Source of the DNA: Cycas panzhihuaensis
Lineage: Eukaryota > Plantae > Cycadophyta
DNA: 64,000 nt
Reading direction: 5' to 3'
Assembly (NCBI GenBank): GCA_023213395.1
Contig: CM041465.1
Location: 203,801,741 to 203,865,740, forward strand
Of this stretch, positions 13,780 to 27,909 are shown in pieces. The notes below the pieces were generated by a model. The model saw only the letters and a program-made list of their open reading frames with translations. It did no database searches and was not told the origin of the DNA. Numbering within the stretch: the first letter of the stretch is position 1; every line of letters begins with the position of its first letter. The translations under genes were made by a program, and so were the position numbers.

Positions 13780-14599
13780 CTCATATATGATTTCATTTCC
13801 TTGTTTGTCTTGATTTATTGTTTTGAGGTGACTATTAAGTGCACTCACGTAGCTTTATTTCAATCTTGAGGCAATCCCCATATCTTCTTTTCATTTGGTT
13901 TTTCTTCAACAATCAATAAGTGCCTGGTAGATTTCCCTTATAATATTGTCTTATAGGTAGAAAGAATGAAAGGAGTTGCCCAAGTGCTTCAACAAGGACA
14001 TACACGTATCAAGTGGACACACACATCATCAATGTTAAACTAGGTAAGAGCCTCTTTTATTCCTTGCTTAATTTATTTTTGGCAAAAGAATAGAAGTAGC
14101 ATGTATATATGCTATGAGTTGAGAACCTTTCCTTATTGAAAGTCATATAATTTGTTATATTTTGGCATAATTGATGACCATACTCTCACAAATTTTCATC
14201 ACACATAAAATATATGTTGCTCATGGTTTGAGATTTGCCTCTTTTGCTTAGGTGTACCTTGGCTCTAGGTCTTATACAATGAGATTATAGGCATACATAC
14301 TAGGTGGAAAAGAGGGTTGTGGAACAAAATATCCTCTTTGTGGTGCCTACATAGGTGGTTGATTCCACTTGGCCATTTGTCATTGATACTACACAAAAGC
14401 AACTTTTGCAAATTCCTCATCCTATTCAACTTCCACTGTCCCAAACTCTTTTTGTTCTTGATTTTTCTTTATAACTGCTCCCATGTGAGATTGGAGGCTA
14501 TCTTATTTCCTATGCAATTCCAATCTTGTCAATTGATTTGCCAAAAATGAAAGAATGCCACGCTTCATATCCCCGAGTGCATTATTCAACATTGTTTTG

Positions 14600-15452
14600 C
14601 TTATGCCTCCTAAGATTGTTAGCACCTCCTTTTGAAAATACTTGCACTTGCTCCAATTGACTTAAAATAAACATCCACACTTCCCCATTTTGTTGAAGCT
14701 TTTATGGTGCCTCATATATGCATCTCGACTACTTCGAATGTCATCTCTAAAATCTACATATCCCTCATTATCTCCAGCCACATGCACACAGATGGGGCCA
14801 ATCCTACCAAGAAGATTGTCTTTAGGGTTTGCGTAGGGAGGCCATGATTTGGGCATCTCCTTAGCAAATAATCCATCCTTTCAATGTATCCTTTTACAAA
14901 TTCCTCCTCTCCCTATCGAATCTTCAAAGTCTTTCTCCTCAAATATTCATCTTGCAGGGACTCCTAATATCTTTAAAAATTGTGTTTTGATTTTTGCCCA
15001 TGTTTTAATTAAGTTGCCAATTAGGCTCATGAACCATCTTAGAACCCCATCTTTCAATGCAAATGGGAAGAGCTTCAATTTCTGTGCATCTAATAAATAG
15101 TCGAAACTATTGTACAAAATTTGAAATTCAAATAGAAACATATTAGGATCCTTTGAGGCTTACCATAAAAATATGGTAGATTTTCCCCTTCACCTTGCTT
15201 GTGCCCTCTTCATTTGATAGAACAAAGGGAAATTGTACAACCATTATCTTCTTCTCCTCAGACATGGTGATTTTTTTTCAACACTTGTACTTCTTTTTGT
15301 CTCCTTTTAGAATCGCTCTTGATTTTTTTTTATGGCAACAAATTGTGCCAAGGGATCTCGAGGCCTACTCTTCATAACTTGGTCCCAAATTGGTGGATAG
15401 TTTCACCCTACATCGTTTAGCAATTGGTTGGTATTCCTCAACAATAGCACCA
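14600..15452 (-). mobile_element. Athila-like non-chromovirus Ty3/Gypsy relic (gag fragment plus PBS); its LTR begins at ~15457 and the far end is unresolved
   Basis: KLKLFPFALKDGVLRWFMSL...IKTW...F (14947-15141) is a typical Athila/Tat gag motif. The PBS is at 15435-15452. Confidence 0.7.
15435..15452 (-). promoter_or_regulatory. tRNA-Asp-type PBS (Athila-like), eroded by transitions
   Basis: tcctcaacaatagcacca versus tccccggcaacggcgcca; all differences are C>T or G>A. It is followed by aaaa and TGATG (LTR edge). Confidence 0.7.
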
Positions 15453-17636
15453 AAAATGATGGGTGTTTTCCAAGGTGTGCACAAAAGTCTTGGAATCCTG
15501 TCATGTCAAACTAGGGAACATAGATTTTGAATGACAAAATACAATATATATTCACAATTATTAAATCATAAATGCAAGAATGAATTACTTGACTATCTAA
15601 TCGAATTACCTTCAAGTGGTTCCACACCCCACAACAGCATCACCAATTCCTTATGGTTGTATGAATAACCTAGCAAGATCAAAATATGCAAAACAAACCC
15701 TACTCTAATGAAGGAAACTTGAGTCACATGCTAGCACCTACAAGCTACACAACATATCACCATTTTCCTAAATTAACAAGTTTAGGAGATTGTTCATGAA
15801 CCCATTACAAGTTAACCCCTGGGCGCAGACAAATCCTTCTCTATGTTTTTATTCATATGAAAAAGTCATATATACAAGTGTTGGCCAACCGTCAAGTAAT
15901 TTAGAACATCAACCGACTAACAACCAACAGCTAATCATTTCATTCAAGTGGTGGATGACTTAAAACTCTGCCCAAAATAAAAGCAGACTTTACCTTCACC
16001 TCCACATGAAAGTAGTTGTTACCTTCACCAGCAAGCAAAGTTAAGGGCTACCTTCACCACCAAGTGAAGGTATCTACAAAGTGACTTCAATAACTCATAA
16101 TTTGGCTCTAGAACTTAACTAATCACCCTAAAATGATCCAAAAGCTGCTATTGCATTGTGCCCAACCATTGTCCTACAATTACATCAGATTTGAGGCATT
16201 TCAAGTCAATACAAGACAAATTACAACAAAATGGAACAAAAATAAGTACAAAATGGGTAGGAAATGGAGCACTCTTAGAGGCCCATCACAAGCTTGTCAA
16301 AATGCAAAAATCACTAGCTTGCTAGGAAAGGTTGGATGCTAAGGAAAGTCTTAAATGTTGAAGGGTTGTTGCACAAACCTTTTTGCTTGAATGTTGATTG
16401 AAAAATTGCTTGAGTGATACCCAAATGTGGCTTAAGTCACTGTCCAAAACTTGTTGCTTGACAACAATTGTAATGATGTTCAAAGCACTATGTGAAAATT
16501 CTTATTTGAATGTTGCTCGTAATGGGATCAAAAGACGATCAAGTGTTGCTTATTACTAGAATCATTGTTGCTCAAACAATTGTAGCAATGTTATTCAAAT
16601 TAGTTCTCAAACACATCCAGATTGTTCAAACCTTGATCTTGATCATTGACATGTTGAACCAAAGAGAGAATTGTGAAGGAAATAAAAAAGAGCTCTATGA
16701 ATGAGGCTTGCACGCCTAAAAAAAGTACAATAACCCTAATACATCCATACCACATGCTTCATCAACATGTGTTGATTGCACAAAGTGCAGTGGCAGACAG
16801 ACATATCTGGTTTATTTGGTGTAGAATAATAAATGCATTGTCTACACAAAGGATAACAACTAGTATCGTGCAAAATGGTAACTCCACAACATTATAAAAT
16901 GCTATTCACATGAAACAGAAATCCCTATTGAGTAAAGCAATGAAAAATGTCCAAAAGAATAAAAACACTGTTATTAGAAATTATGAAAAGGCAAAAACCC
17001 ATGATCAATAAATCCAATTTGGTTGAAACTTTATGGCATGTTCTGCAAATCCTGAAATGACACTCAGCATCAATTTTGGTTACAATCGTATCAACCAACC
17101 ATACAAACAAAGAAACAACCTCCTATAGGATCGCAATTATTTTCTCAGTTGATTGTATGACCAAAATTAATACTAATAACCATACATCCAGAGAAGCAAC
17201 CTCTTGTACAGCAGAGGTTGGTTTCTTAGACAATTGTAAAAAGGAACCATATGACTAATTCCCACGGGGATTGCACATCTGACTAGTCCACATGTATGCC
17301 TATTTTAAGTATGGATGATTGACTAGCTCTTTTTATTGAAATTATGTTGTATAGAGGGCTTAAAACAATAATTTATTATTCAATAAATCTAGAGTGAGAG
17401 AGTGAGGTGGAGGGAAAAGCAATTGCATTGACTTGTGAGAAAAGGATATTAGGTTCATGTTTTTTAAGTCTTTGTAGGTTGAAGACTAAGGAGAGAAGTG
17501 TTATGAATTCTACATTAGAAACCAGGATATCAAGTATTCACACATAAGAAATTTTCATTTGTTGTTTCACTATTCTTATCTTCTCTGATCTTTCCTTTCT
17601 TACTTGTTAATTCTCATAGATGAAATGCCACATCAC

Positions 17637-18340
17637 TATAGTAAAAAATGAGAATTGCATGGTATTGCATGATATTGTATGGTTGAATAATCCACCAAAA
17701 TTTGATAGCATATGTACACATTACAAGGGTTTATTTGACTACACGATGTGAGAGGATCAATGGAGGGGTCTAGATGGCTACACAATGATAGTGGTGGGAT
17801 CCAAACAAAAGTTGATAGAAAGATCATTCATGAGTCCTTGGAGAAGTCATGGGAAAACCAACCAACAAGATCAAAAGGTGCAAGCATTATAGAAGATGCT
17901 AGTCGACACATCAAGAGATAACAAAGAACCAATCAACATATCAAAGAGTGCCATCATCTTTAGCATGGCAAAAGGGAATAGTTCAAGGATGAAGTATCTT
18001 AAGGTAGGAAGAATTGTAAAGGGCTTAATGAAGTTAGTTTTTATAATATTAAATTACATATGGAAGTTGGCTCCAAAATAAATAAAATATATAGACAAAG
18101 CAGAGCCTTGTAAAATGCATGGTTATTTTCTTTTTCTTATGGTGGATTAACTTTTACCTTGGGGTGCTTTAGTGGTAGGCATCTGCCACTTTGCTATTTC
18201 ATTTTATTATCTATTATTGTTCTTGTATATCTACTATTACCTATTCATTACTATTATTGTTGTCATTCTATTAAGAGATTCATTTACTATTAGTTCTATG
18301 AATTATTTTCTATCTAGCTCATTGCAATAGGTACCAAAGC
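17637..18340 (+). repeat. Possible old LTR relic followed by a PBS-like motif
   Basis: tatagtaa...tcattgca could be eroded termini, and aggtaccaaagc at 18329-18340 resembles tggtatcagagc. There is no partner LTR in the window. Confidence 0.3.
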
Positions 18341-18696
18341 GCAATCCTAACACTATGGTTTGTGCATTGTTGACAATGACTCAAGAATTCACATTACGGC
18401 AATAGAGAAACCTATGAAGGACTGAAGAGACTGGGTTTGGCTTGTACTAGAGGGCATTCTACATTAAGGTGACATCATTCATGGGTTTGACTAATTCTAT
18501 CACCAACTTCTCCCAAGCCTCTAGGATGTGTTGCTAATGTTTTTGCATCCTCCAAGAATGCTAGAAAATGACTAGTTTGTAAATTGTTTGAAAGCAAGAT
18601 CCAAAAACACGAGGGAAACTAAGGGGTAAAAAGCCAACCCTTATAGAGACAACTCCCTTGTTTTTTCCCTTTACGGCTAACTATATAAACACATAC

Positions 18697-19170
18697 TATA
18701 GCAGGCCCAATTCAAATGCAATAGAAACGAGTAATATTCATAGCATATAATGATACTTTCATGGCAACAGAACATCAATAATGACCATTCACAAACATAG
18801 AGCTCAATCATCCATGCATTACATCACTTATACATTGATATGAATAGCAATAAATGTAAAAAGTAATGAATGATAATATGCAAAACCTGATACAATATCC
18901 AACAATGTTGATACCCTTTTCAAAGCAAGAGCTATCCTCTAGTTTGGCATGGTGTGCCCTAATGGTGCAAGGCCATTATCCCTTACAATAATAAATTCTC
19001 CAAGATGAATATAAATGAACAAGGCTTCCCTATTAATAGCCTTTATTTCTCTCTCTAAAACTAACTCCTAACTCTCTCTCTTACGAAAAAAGACTTCATA
19101 ATAAATATAATTAAATAATAATTCTCCCTATATTCAAAAATCGACTTCATCTTCATTTAGAAACACTACA
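18697..19170 (-). repeat. Element A 3' LTR
   Basis: Matches 29991-30605 and ends ...cactaca next to the PPT complement attccccacccctt. Confidence 0.88.
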
Positions 19171-20074
19171 ATTCCCCACCCCTTAAAATACTTTCCCCTC
19201 GAAGTATTGGGAACTACTTGCAACATGGTTTGGTCTAGCTTTGACTAGTTCTTCCAGCTGCCACCTGTTAAGTCCTATATCTTGTAAAGACTGGGTCCAA
19301 TCTTGCAGCGTTTGTTGGATTTTGCTGAGAAGTGTCTTGAATTTATTGATGCTCATTCTTGGGCCCAAGTATATGCAGTACCATGTCCTGTATTGAAGGG
19401 GTAGTGGGACCTAGGAGTTGCCTCTAATGCCTTGTCTTGATCTTATTTTGTGTTTGCACATTTTGTCCTTAGATGGAATGACTTATAGGGTGGGGGGTGA
19501 TTAGAATGTTGAGAAAGTTTATAGGGATTCTTTCAGTGTAGCTTGGGAATTTGGGAAAAGAGTTGATCATAAGGATCCTAAAATGATGATTACTTATTGT
19601 ATAAGGAAATGGAAGAAGTGAATTTTTGAAGGATGATCATCCACAATATTGAATGCGTAGAAAGAAAAGATGTGGTTTGGAATTTGACTTGAATAGAAAT
19701 GAGAATTTGTGCAGTGTATGTTGGACCACTAGATTTCTTTGGGGAAAAAGATGGATGGGGTATTAAGGATAGGCTTTCTTTATGTAAAAAGAATTTAAGG
19801 GGGCTTTAGAAATCATAGTTGGTTAGAATGAAGGACTTAATGGAAAAAAACAAAATTGGTGGTATAGAGATGATGAGGGTTGGGCTAGATAGGATGAGGT
19901 TTTGTGGGGGGTAATCATTGTCCTGAGAGATGAAATCTGATGCATTGAGGATGGATGGTTTACCATATCTTGCTAAGAACCTTGAGGGGGAAAGGGGGCA
20001 AGCAAATAAAGAGTTGAACTAGGGATGTCAAAACGAACTAGGAGTTGTCCTATGACAAAATTGGAAATAAAGTT

Positions 20075-20622
20075 CGTAGAAATGGCCACATGGCCTTAGA
20101 ATCCCAAAATCAAGAAGCTATATTCACTCTAGTTCTACAAAGTAGATAAACTAGACTAATAATGAAAATATGAGATCAAACATGAGCAAGATCAAGCATG
20201 AAGAGAAAGAGCAAAATGATACCAAAGATGAAGAGTTGGAATTGGTCCAACCTCCAAATGAATAGCAGTTTGATTAGCAAACTGGCATCATAACAATACA
20301 GCTCCAACTCTCTATATGAGAACAATGAGAAGAGATCTCAATATATAGAGTAAAAGGACAGACCTAAGGCATTGGATGTTTGACAAGTGTCAAACATCCA
20401 AGGCACATGCCTTGCATGTAGGACGTGTCCTTTTGGGCTCTCAAGTGAGCAAAAGTGCATAGGGGTCCATTTGACCCTTTAGTAACCATGTTGTGTCACT
20501 AGGAAAGAATGTGGGTGTGCACTTCATCACTTAAGTGATAAGTCACCCCTAAAGTACAAAAGTACAAATAATACATGAAAAATAAATTACATAGGCTTAA
20601 CATGTAAACATAAGGTTTAACC
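20075..20622 (-). repeat. C1 3' LTR
   Basis: Direct repeat of 27360-27909, roughly 95% identical by eye; terminal bases mutated. Confidence 0.92.
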
Positions 20623-20640
20623 CCCCCCCCCCCCCCCGCC

Positions 20641-23600
20641 CCTTTACTACTTACAATGTTAAGTCGGAACCCTAGACCATTTCTAAATTTTACAATTTTT
20701 TCTCTACCAAGAGGCTTGGTAAAGTTATCTGTTGTTTGCTGCTCTGTAGGTCTATATTGAAGGTTGATCTCACCACTTTGCACATGCTCTCTAATGAAGT
20801 GATGATGAACCTCAATATGTTTGGTCCTTGCATGAAAAATAGGATTCTTGGCCAACTTGAGCACACTTTGATTGTCGCAATAAATCCTGGTGGGGTGATC
20901 CTGCTCAAGTCCAAGCTCCCAAAGAATCTGTCATAGCCAGATAGCTTCACAAGTTGCGCTGACTGCATCTTTGTACTCTGCTTCGGTGGAGGACAAGGTA
21001 ACATTGGGTTGCTTCTTGCAACTCCACGAAACAACTGTTGAACCAAGGGTAAGACAGTAACCCGAGGTTGATCTCCTGCTATCTTGGCAACCTGCCCAAT
21101 CAGAATCTAAGAACCCTTCTAGAGTGAAGTTCTCATCATGTGCATACTCAAGGCCATGCTACAATGCTCCTTTGATGTATTTGAGTATGCGTTTGGCTGC
21201 ATTCCAATGCTTCTGATTGGGTTGAGACATGTATCTAGAGCAAATCCCAACTGCAAATGAGATGTCAGGGCAAGTGTTGGTGAGATAGATGAGACTCCCA
21301 ATCAATTGACGATAAAGAGTGGGATCTGCTGGTTCAACTTCCTCATTGAGAATAAGCTTTGTGCCATTCTCCATCAGTGTAGGCGCTGGTTTGCAGTCGT
21401 GCATCTGAAACCACTGCAAAATGTCCCAAGAATATTTAACTTGAGAGATGAAGATATAGCCAGGTTGTTGCTATACCTCAAAGCTTAAGAAATAATGGAG
21501 AAGTCCAAGATCTGTCATCTTGAAACTCCTCTTCAAGTCATCCTGGAGAATTTGTACTATCTTAATGTCATTGCCAGTGGTCACCAAGCCATCTACATAC
21601 AAGACAATGAAAATGACACGGTCTTTCCCAACTTTGATGTACAAGTTAGCATCTGAAGTAGATTGATGAAACCCATGTCTCGAAAAGTAATCATCAATCT
21701 TTGAGTACTATGCTCTTGGAGCTTATTTCAAGCCATACAATGCCTTTTTTAGGCGACAAACTAAGTGCTCATTGCCTTGTACCTTGTAATCAGGAGGTTG
21801 CTCCAAGTATACCTCCGCTTGAAGATTGTCATTGAGAAAGGGCACTCTTCACGCCCATCTGAAAAACCAGCCATTTGCATTGAGCTGCTAAGGCCAAGAT
21901 GAGTCTGATGGTATTCATATTAGCCACTAGTTCAAAAGTCTCCTCGTAGTCTATGCCTTCCTTTTGTTTAAATCCTTTTTCCACAAGGCGGGCCTTCTGC
22001 CACTTAAGTGTACCATCAGAATGGAATTTGGTCTTGTAGACCCATTTGCAACTAATTGCCTGTTTGTGTTTAGGCAGTTCGACCAAATCCCAAGTACCAT
22101 TCTTTTCAATAGAATGGATTTCTTCATCCATGGTAGCCTTCCAATTTTCATTTTTAGAAGCCTCCTCAAAAGTGGAATGCTCATCAACACAAAGCACTTC
22201 ACGTATAAGTGCAAAATTGGTTTGCTGCATGTATCTTGATGGACGTTTTCTTTCAACAATCTGGCCGTCCTGCACTGTTTGAGTATACCATTTTGGTAAC
22301 TTTTTTACTGATGTGACTTGAACCTCAAGATCTTCTGGTCTAAGTGGTTGATCAACAGAAGATGTGCTAGGATCAAGTGGAGCTAATTCTAATGATGTGG
22401 ACGGTCCAACAGGTGTAGATGATGTACATGGAGTTGAAGATTGAAAGGGAAAGAAGGCCTCAACAATCTTTTTGCCCTTCTCAATGGGGGGTTGGATGGA
22501 TGCTGTACCCAACTCCTTGTGATCTTCTTTAACAAAGATTACATCTCTTGAGAGATGCATTTTCTTTTCAATGGGATCATACAACTTGTAGGCTTTGCTA
22601 TGAATGGCATAACCTACAAAGATGCACTTTAGATTATGCTTGTCTAATTTAGTTCTTTGTTGATCGGGGATGTGCATATAAGCAGTGCACCCAAAAGTCC
22701 TCAAATGGCTAACAGTTGGTTTTTTGCCAGACCATGCCTCCTCTAGTGTGATGTCAATGACTGTTGTTGTTGGACTTTGATTTGCCACATTGGCAACTGT
22801 GTGAAATGCCTCTACCCAGTAAGATCGAGTAAGTCCCTTTGCATGCATCATTACTTTGGCTTTGTTAGCCAAAGTTCTATTCATTCTTTCGGAGACTCCA
22901 TTTTGTTGAGGAGTGTGAGGAATAGTAAATTGTCTCTGAATGCCATTATCCTTGTAGAATTGGGTGAATTCGTTTGAAGTAAATTCACCTCCATTGTCTG
23001 TCCTTAGTGTTTTGATGGATCGGCCAAACTCGTTCTCCACTTCAAGCTTGAATTCCTTAAACTTTTGAAATGCTTTAGACTTATACTTCATGAAGTAAAC
23101 CCAAACTTTATGGGAGAAATCGTCAATGAAGGAGATGTAGTACAAAGCTCCTCCAAAGGATGCGGTGGACATAGGTCCACACAAATTTGAGTGTACCAAC
23201 TGCAATGGATATGATACACGCCAAGCTTTGCCTTTAGGGAAAGGCAAGTGATGTTGTGTCCCCATTATGCATGCTTCACAAAGACATTTTGTGCCATACA
23301 TCTTTGGAAGCCCCATGTACCATATTTTTGTTCACCATCTACTTGAGATTGTCTAAGCTCAAATGCCCTAGACATTCATGCCAAAGCTGCAGCTTGGACA
23401 AAGTTTGAGTGACAATGGAACCAGAGTAAGCAGAATCAAGTATGATATTATTAGCATCCAATTTATAGAGGCCATGATCCTCATATCCAACAGCTACTAC
23501 CTAGTCATTTTTGTCACTTATTACACATTTCCCATTCTTGAACAAAATGCTCATCTTTTGTTTGTCCAATTTGCTAACAGATAGCAAGCTCTTCTCCATG

Positions 23601-24847
23601 AAAGCTATGAAATAGGCATTGCCATTGGGAAATGTAGAGGGAGGATTGGAAGGGGAATGAAATGGAGTGATTGTGCCTATGCCAGAAATCTTAACAGATT
23701 CATTGTTGCCGAAGGTCACTGATTGACCTCTTCCTTCCTTGATGTCGCAAAGGAGTTCTTCACTCCCAATCATGTGTTGAATAGCTCCAAAGTCAATGAT
23801 CCAAGTTTGATCAACCTTGGATGTATGATAAGCACAAAACAATTTGTCCACATCTGCAAACTGATTGAAGTGGTGTTGATTGCCACCTCTAACCCCCCCC
23901 CCCTTCCTCTTTGACCTCCTCGATAGGCACCTCGGTTTCTATTGTTGTTGTTCTTTGAAAGCTTCTGCTTTGGAATTCTTGGCGTTCTTTGAAATTGTTG
24001 TCTTTGATTTTGTTGACGTGGTTGTTGTTGTTGCTGTTGTGTGCTGAAGATCTGCTTGTTTCTTCCTACAATCAGATGCTATGTGGCCAACTTTGCCACA
24101 ATAATGACAAACAACATCAGTCTTTAAGGAACCCATGTTTATGTTCCCAAACTGCTTTGAAAGTGCAAGTTTGGGATTCTGCTTGGCCTTTGATTTGATC
24201 GTGAATGCCCCTGATGTGGATGGTTCGTCATCATTGTCCTTGATGTAAATCTGCTCCTCCTAAAACAACAAGCTTTCAAGTTCATTGAAAGACATTCGTT
24301 TGAGTGAGCCATCTCGTGTAGTGGAAGAAATAAAACCATTGTAGTCCTTAGGCAAAGCTTTAACAATTGTTGTTATAAGCTCATCTCTAGAAGCAGGACT
24401 ATCTAATGTATTCAATTCATTACATACCGCCATGATGGAGGAAAGAAAAGTGCACATAGGCTTGACAAATTTTACAAAATACAATTTAGCGTTTACCATC
24501 AATATGCGAGCTTCATCTCGCCTTTCGTACAAGGATAACAGAATGTCCCATGCTTCCTTGGAAATCTTTGCACACACAATATTCTGATCTACATGAACAA
24601 CAATAATCATATGTAAGAATGCCAAAGCAATTTCATCTTTGGCTTTCCAAGCAGTAATAGAAGCAGCATTAGGATGAACAATTACACCATCAGTTACAAT
24701 AGGTATAGGTTAAGGTATCCTTCTAGAAACATAACCCTAAAATTTGTTCATTATTAAGAGATTTTGAGTGATCCTTTTCCATTCTTGATAGTTGTCTTGT
24801 CCTGTTAATCTGATGGTACATGTATTTAGCATATTAATAGCAACCAT
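20641..24847 (-). pseudogene. C1 gag-pol (stops and frameshifts)
   Basis: Gag with CHYCGKVGHIASDC; PR WIIDFGAIQHM; IN LRTDNGGEF...PQQNGVSERMNR; RT WDLV...KWVYK...ID YEETF; RNase H FHARTKHIEVHHHFIRE. Confidence 0.93.
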
Positions 24848-27359
24848 GTTAAAGTTGTAAGGCTTGAAGCTCGCAAATAACTTGGAAACTCAAAGCTTTT
24901 GTCGCTTAAGTTCCACCCTCTAACGAAACCAACAGTCTTGGTCTTACTAGAAGCTCCAACAACTGAATGGAATGATGAGGGGTGGAAGACTAGGCTAAAG
25001 AGTTGGTCCAACCCTGATCTATAGAGGAGATCCAACAGTTGGCCAAGTTAAATCTAGGACAAGGCAGGTAGGGTTGATCTACATGGACGTACCATGCTTT
25101 CCCTAAGATTCACAACCCGAATAACACCATTTTCGAACCTCCTTTCCTTCAAGCAACCTTAATTGTCGTGCACTAACCATACAGTCGGTTGATCCCTTAG
25201 GGAATGCACCAAGCTTAAGGTTATTTTAGAGGCAAGGTTTGTCCTTTTTTGGGCATTTCCTACTTGATTTTAAAATTTACTTGTACAAAATTGAAGTGGA
25301 CTTTAGAGTAAATTTTACTTGGATGATGTAGATGCTTGATTTAATGTTTACAATGATAAAGAGCTTCAAAGAGAAGCAACCAAGTATATCACAATGAACA
25401 ATTTGAGTATTTTACAAGAGCACTTTAGTGTAAAATAGTGCTATCAAATCCAAGTAAAAGAAAGTGCTCGAGTATAATGTGAAAATGTACTCACTTTGAA
25501 GAAGATGCTAAGTGCTTCAATGAAAAAAGAGCAAAGTCTTTGTGTTGAAAAACAACAAGTGGGTTCCTTTTAAATGCTTGAAAGAGAGGAAGATTACTTG
25601 CAAAAACTGAATACACCAAGCACCAAGTGTTGGGACTTTAAAATAGTCCCAATGATCAACAAAATAGAGTGATTTTATTAAGTAACAAATCTACTTGAGC
25701 CCTTTTTGAGACTAAGGGAAGTAGGTCACCATGCAAGGTGCCTTAAGAAAAGTGTTGAAATAGTGATGAGGATCACTTTAACAAGGTCACAACACTTAAA
25801 AATCACTCCTTTCAATGTCTTTTAACACTTGCAAACATGATATAAGTGTTAAGTAAGGCAAAAAGTGCCAAAAAATAAATGCTAAATTTTAACCTTTTTT
25901 GCATATTTGAGTAACAAGAACACCACACAGGGAGCCTTGATTAAAGACTTAAACTAAGTAATTTTAATCTCCAAAGATGAGAAATTGTTTTAGCTTTAGT
26001 GATTTGATGAAATCACTAAGTACAATAAAGATTTTAAACTCCAAAAAGCAAAAACAATTTGATTTTTTCCTTAGAAGATTTAAGCCAAAATGTCCCAAAT
26101 GACTAAAAGGGCTTTTAAAAAGGAACAAATATTACTTTTTAGTATGTAAAATACTTGAAAAAACTTGATTTAGTCTCCATTGTCACAAAAGTGAAGCTAA
26201 TATAGTCACCAGACTGAAAAATCACTAAAAAGTATTAATTTTGACTTAAAGAAAAGTGATTTTTAGTGATTAGAAGGATGACTAAGTACAAACTTTAGAA
26301 AAAATAAAGTTTATCAATGAAAGAATATCCTTTAGAATATTCTTAATGTCATAAACCAAAGTTAAAAGGATAAAGTTTTTTTGAAAATTTTCAAAAAAAA
26401 AGAGATTCGAAAAACGAGCAGTAGCGACTCCGTGGACACTCGGTGACGGATCTCCGTGAAACCTCAGTGAATCGAAGCCAAAATCGGAGGGCAGGGTCGC
26501 AGGTACTCAATAATGAATCCTTCCAAGTTTCGAAGCTTTTTGTTGAGTGTTGAGACCGCACTGTGAGTTGTAACCGTTGGCTGGGCGCACAGCCAGAGAA
26601 CAAGGGCACATGACTGGCTATGTAGCATTTGTACGGTGACTTTGATCCATCGTGAGAGTTGTGGGACCCACTGCAGGGTTGCAGAATAGTGCAGAAACAA
26701 TGCGTACTCTAGATCTTTGGACTGCACCAGCAATTCAGATCAAGAGAATAGATTTGAACTTTCTAGGGTTTGTGAAGGACACCCAGAGATGTATTTAGGC
26801 CTGCAGTAAGTCTATGGAACTATAGAAACTTCAAAAGGTCTGAGAAATACTCAATATCATCAAAGATTAGCTCATAATATATGAAACTTAGCTATGAGGT
26901 CTGCAGGGTACAGAAAGGCTTTAAATTTTCCACTTGCTGAGAGTGGATTCTCAGTTGACAGCCAAGTACAAGTTAAAAAAAAGAAAAAAGTAGCAAAAAA
27001 TGAGTTCTTAGTGCTAAAAGAGACAACAGATCTGAGCTTAAATCAGTTTCTAATTACAAATCTAAGAGGAACAAAATATCAACAAGACAGTCCTTTTTAA
27101 AAGGAAGTCACTAATTGTAACAACAATTTATGTTGCACCCAACAAGCCCTTGTCTAAAAAAAAATTCAGATTTCAAAAAATATGCCTCCAACATTGCTCC
27201 AAGAAGCTTAATCTGCACATGTAAGTCTACAACATGCCTTGGATCGCCTTCGGAGAGCGAAGGTCATCACCAAGGAGTAGTAGAGCCTACCTTGAGTCTC
27301 CCTTAAGCAAAACAAAATCAGAACAGAGGGAACTAGTCTCCTCTAGCTCTGATACCAAA

Positions 27360-27909
27360 TGTAGAAATGGCCAAATGGCCTTAGAATCCCAAGATCAAGA
27401 AGCTATATTCACTCTAGTTCTAGAAAGCAGATAAACTAGACTAATAATGAAAATATGAGATCAAACATGAGCAAGATCAAGCATGAAGAGAAAGAGCAAA
27501 ATGATACCAAAGATGAGGAGTTGGAATTGGTCCAACCTCCAAATGAATAGTAGTTTAATTAGCAAACGGGCAGCATAACAATACAACTCCAACTCTCTAT
27601 GGAAGAACAATGAGAAGAGATCTCAATATATAGAGTGAAAGGAGAGACCTAAGGCATTGGATGTTTGACAAATGTCAGACATCCAAGGCACATGCCTTGC
27701 ATGTAGGACATGTGTCCTTTTGGGCTCTCAAGTGAACAAAAGTGCATGGGGGTCCATTTGACCCTTTAGTGACAATGTTGTGTCACTAGGAAAGAATGTG
27801 GGTGTGCACTTTATCACTTAAGTGATAAGTCACCCCTAAAGTACAAAAGTACAAATAATACATGAAAAATAATGTACATAGGCTTAACATGTAAACATAA
27901 GGTTTAACA
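27360..27909 (-). repeat. C1 5' LTR
   Basis: TGTAG...TTAACA with the adjacent PBS at 27346-27357. Confidence 0.93.

Larger units (their letters stand above)
20075..27909 (-). mobile_element. Copia C1: Ty1/Copia LTR retrotransposon, defective, inserted in element A
   Basis: ~550-bp LTRs at 20075-20622 and 27360-27909; PBS gctctgatacca 27346-27357; poly-C PPT complement after 20622; TSD aagtt/aggtt; gag-PR-IN-RT-RH order. Confidence 0.95.

Noticed and set aside
20621-20643. Long C run (G-quadruplex-like on the minus strand) at the C1 PPT; similar G run at 9324-9338
   Set aside because: These are homopolymer expansions of existing short runs (C2 has C7) and are prone to slippage and sequencing error.
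24826-25035. ORF upstream of and overlapping gag, open in C1, C2 (37465-37695) and the insert (41612-41821)
   Set aside because: It starts at TTG rather than ATG and the differences are largely non-synonymous. Conservation is better explained by the RNA structure in this block.
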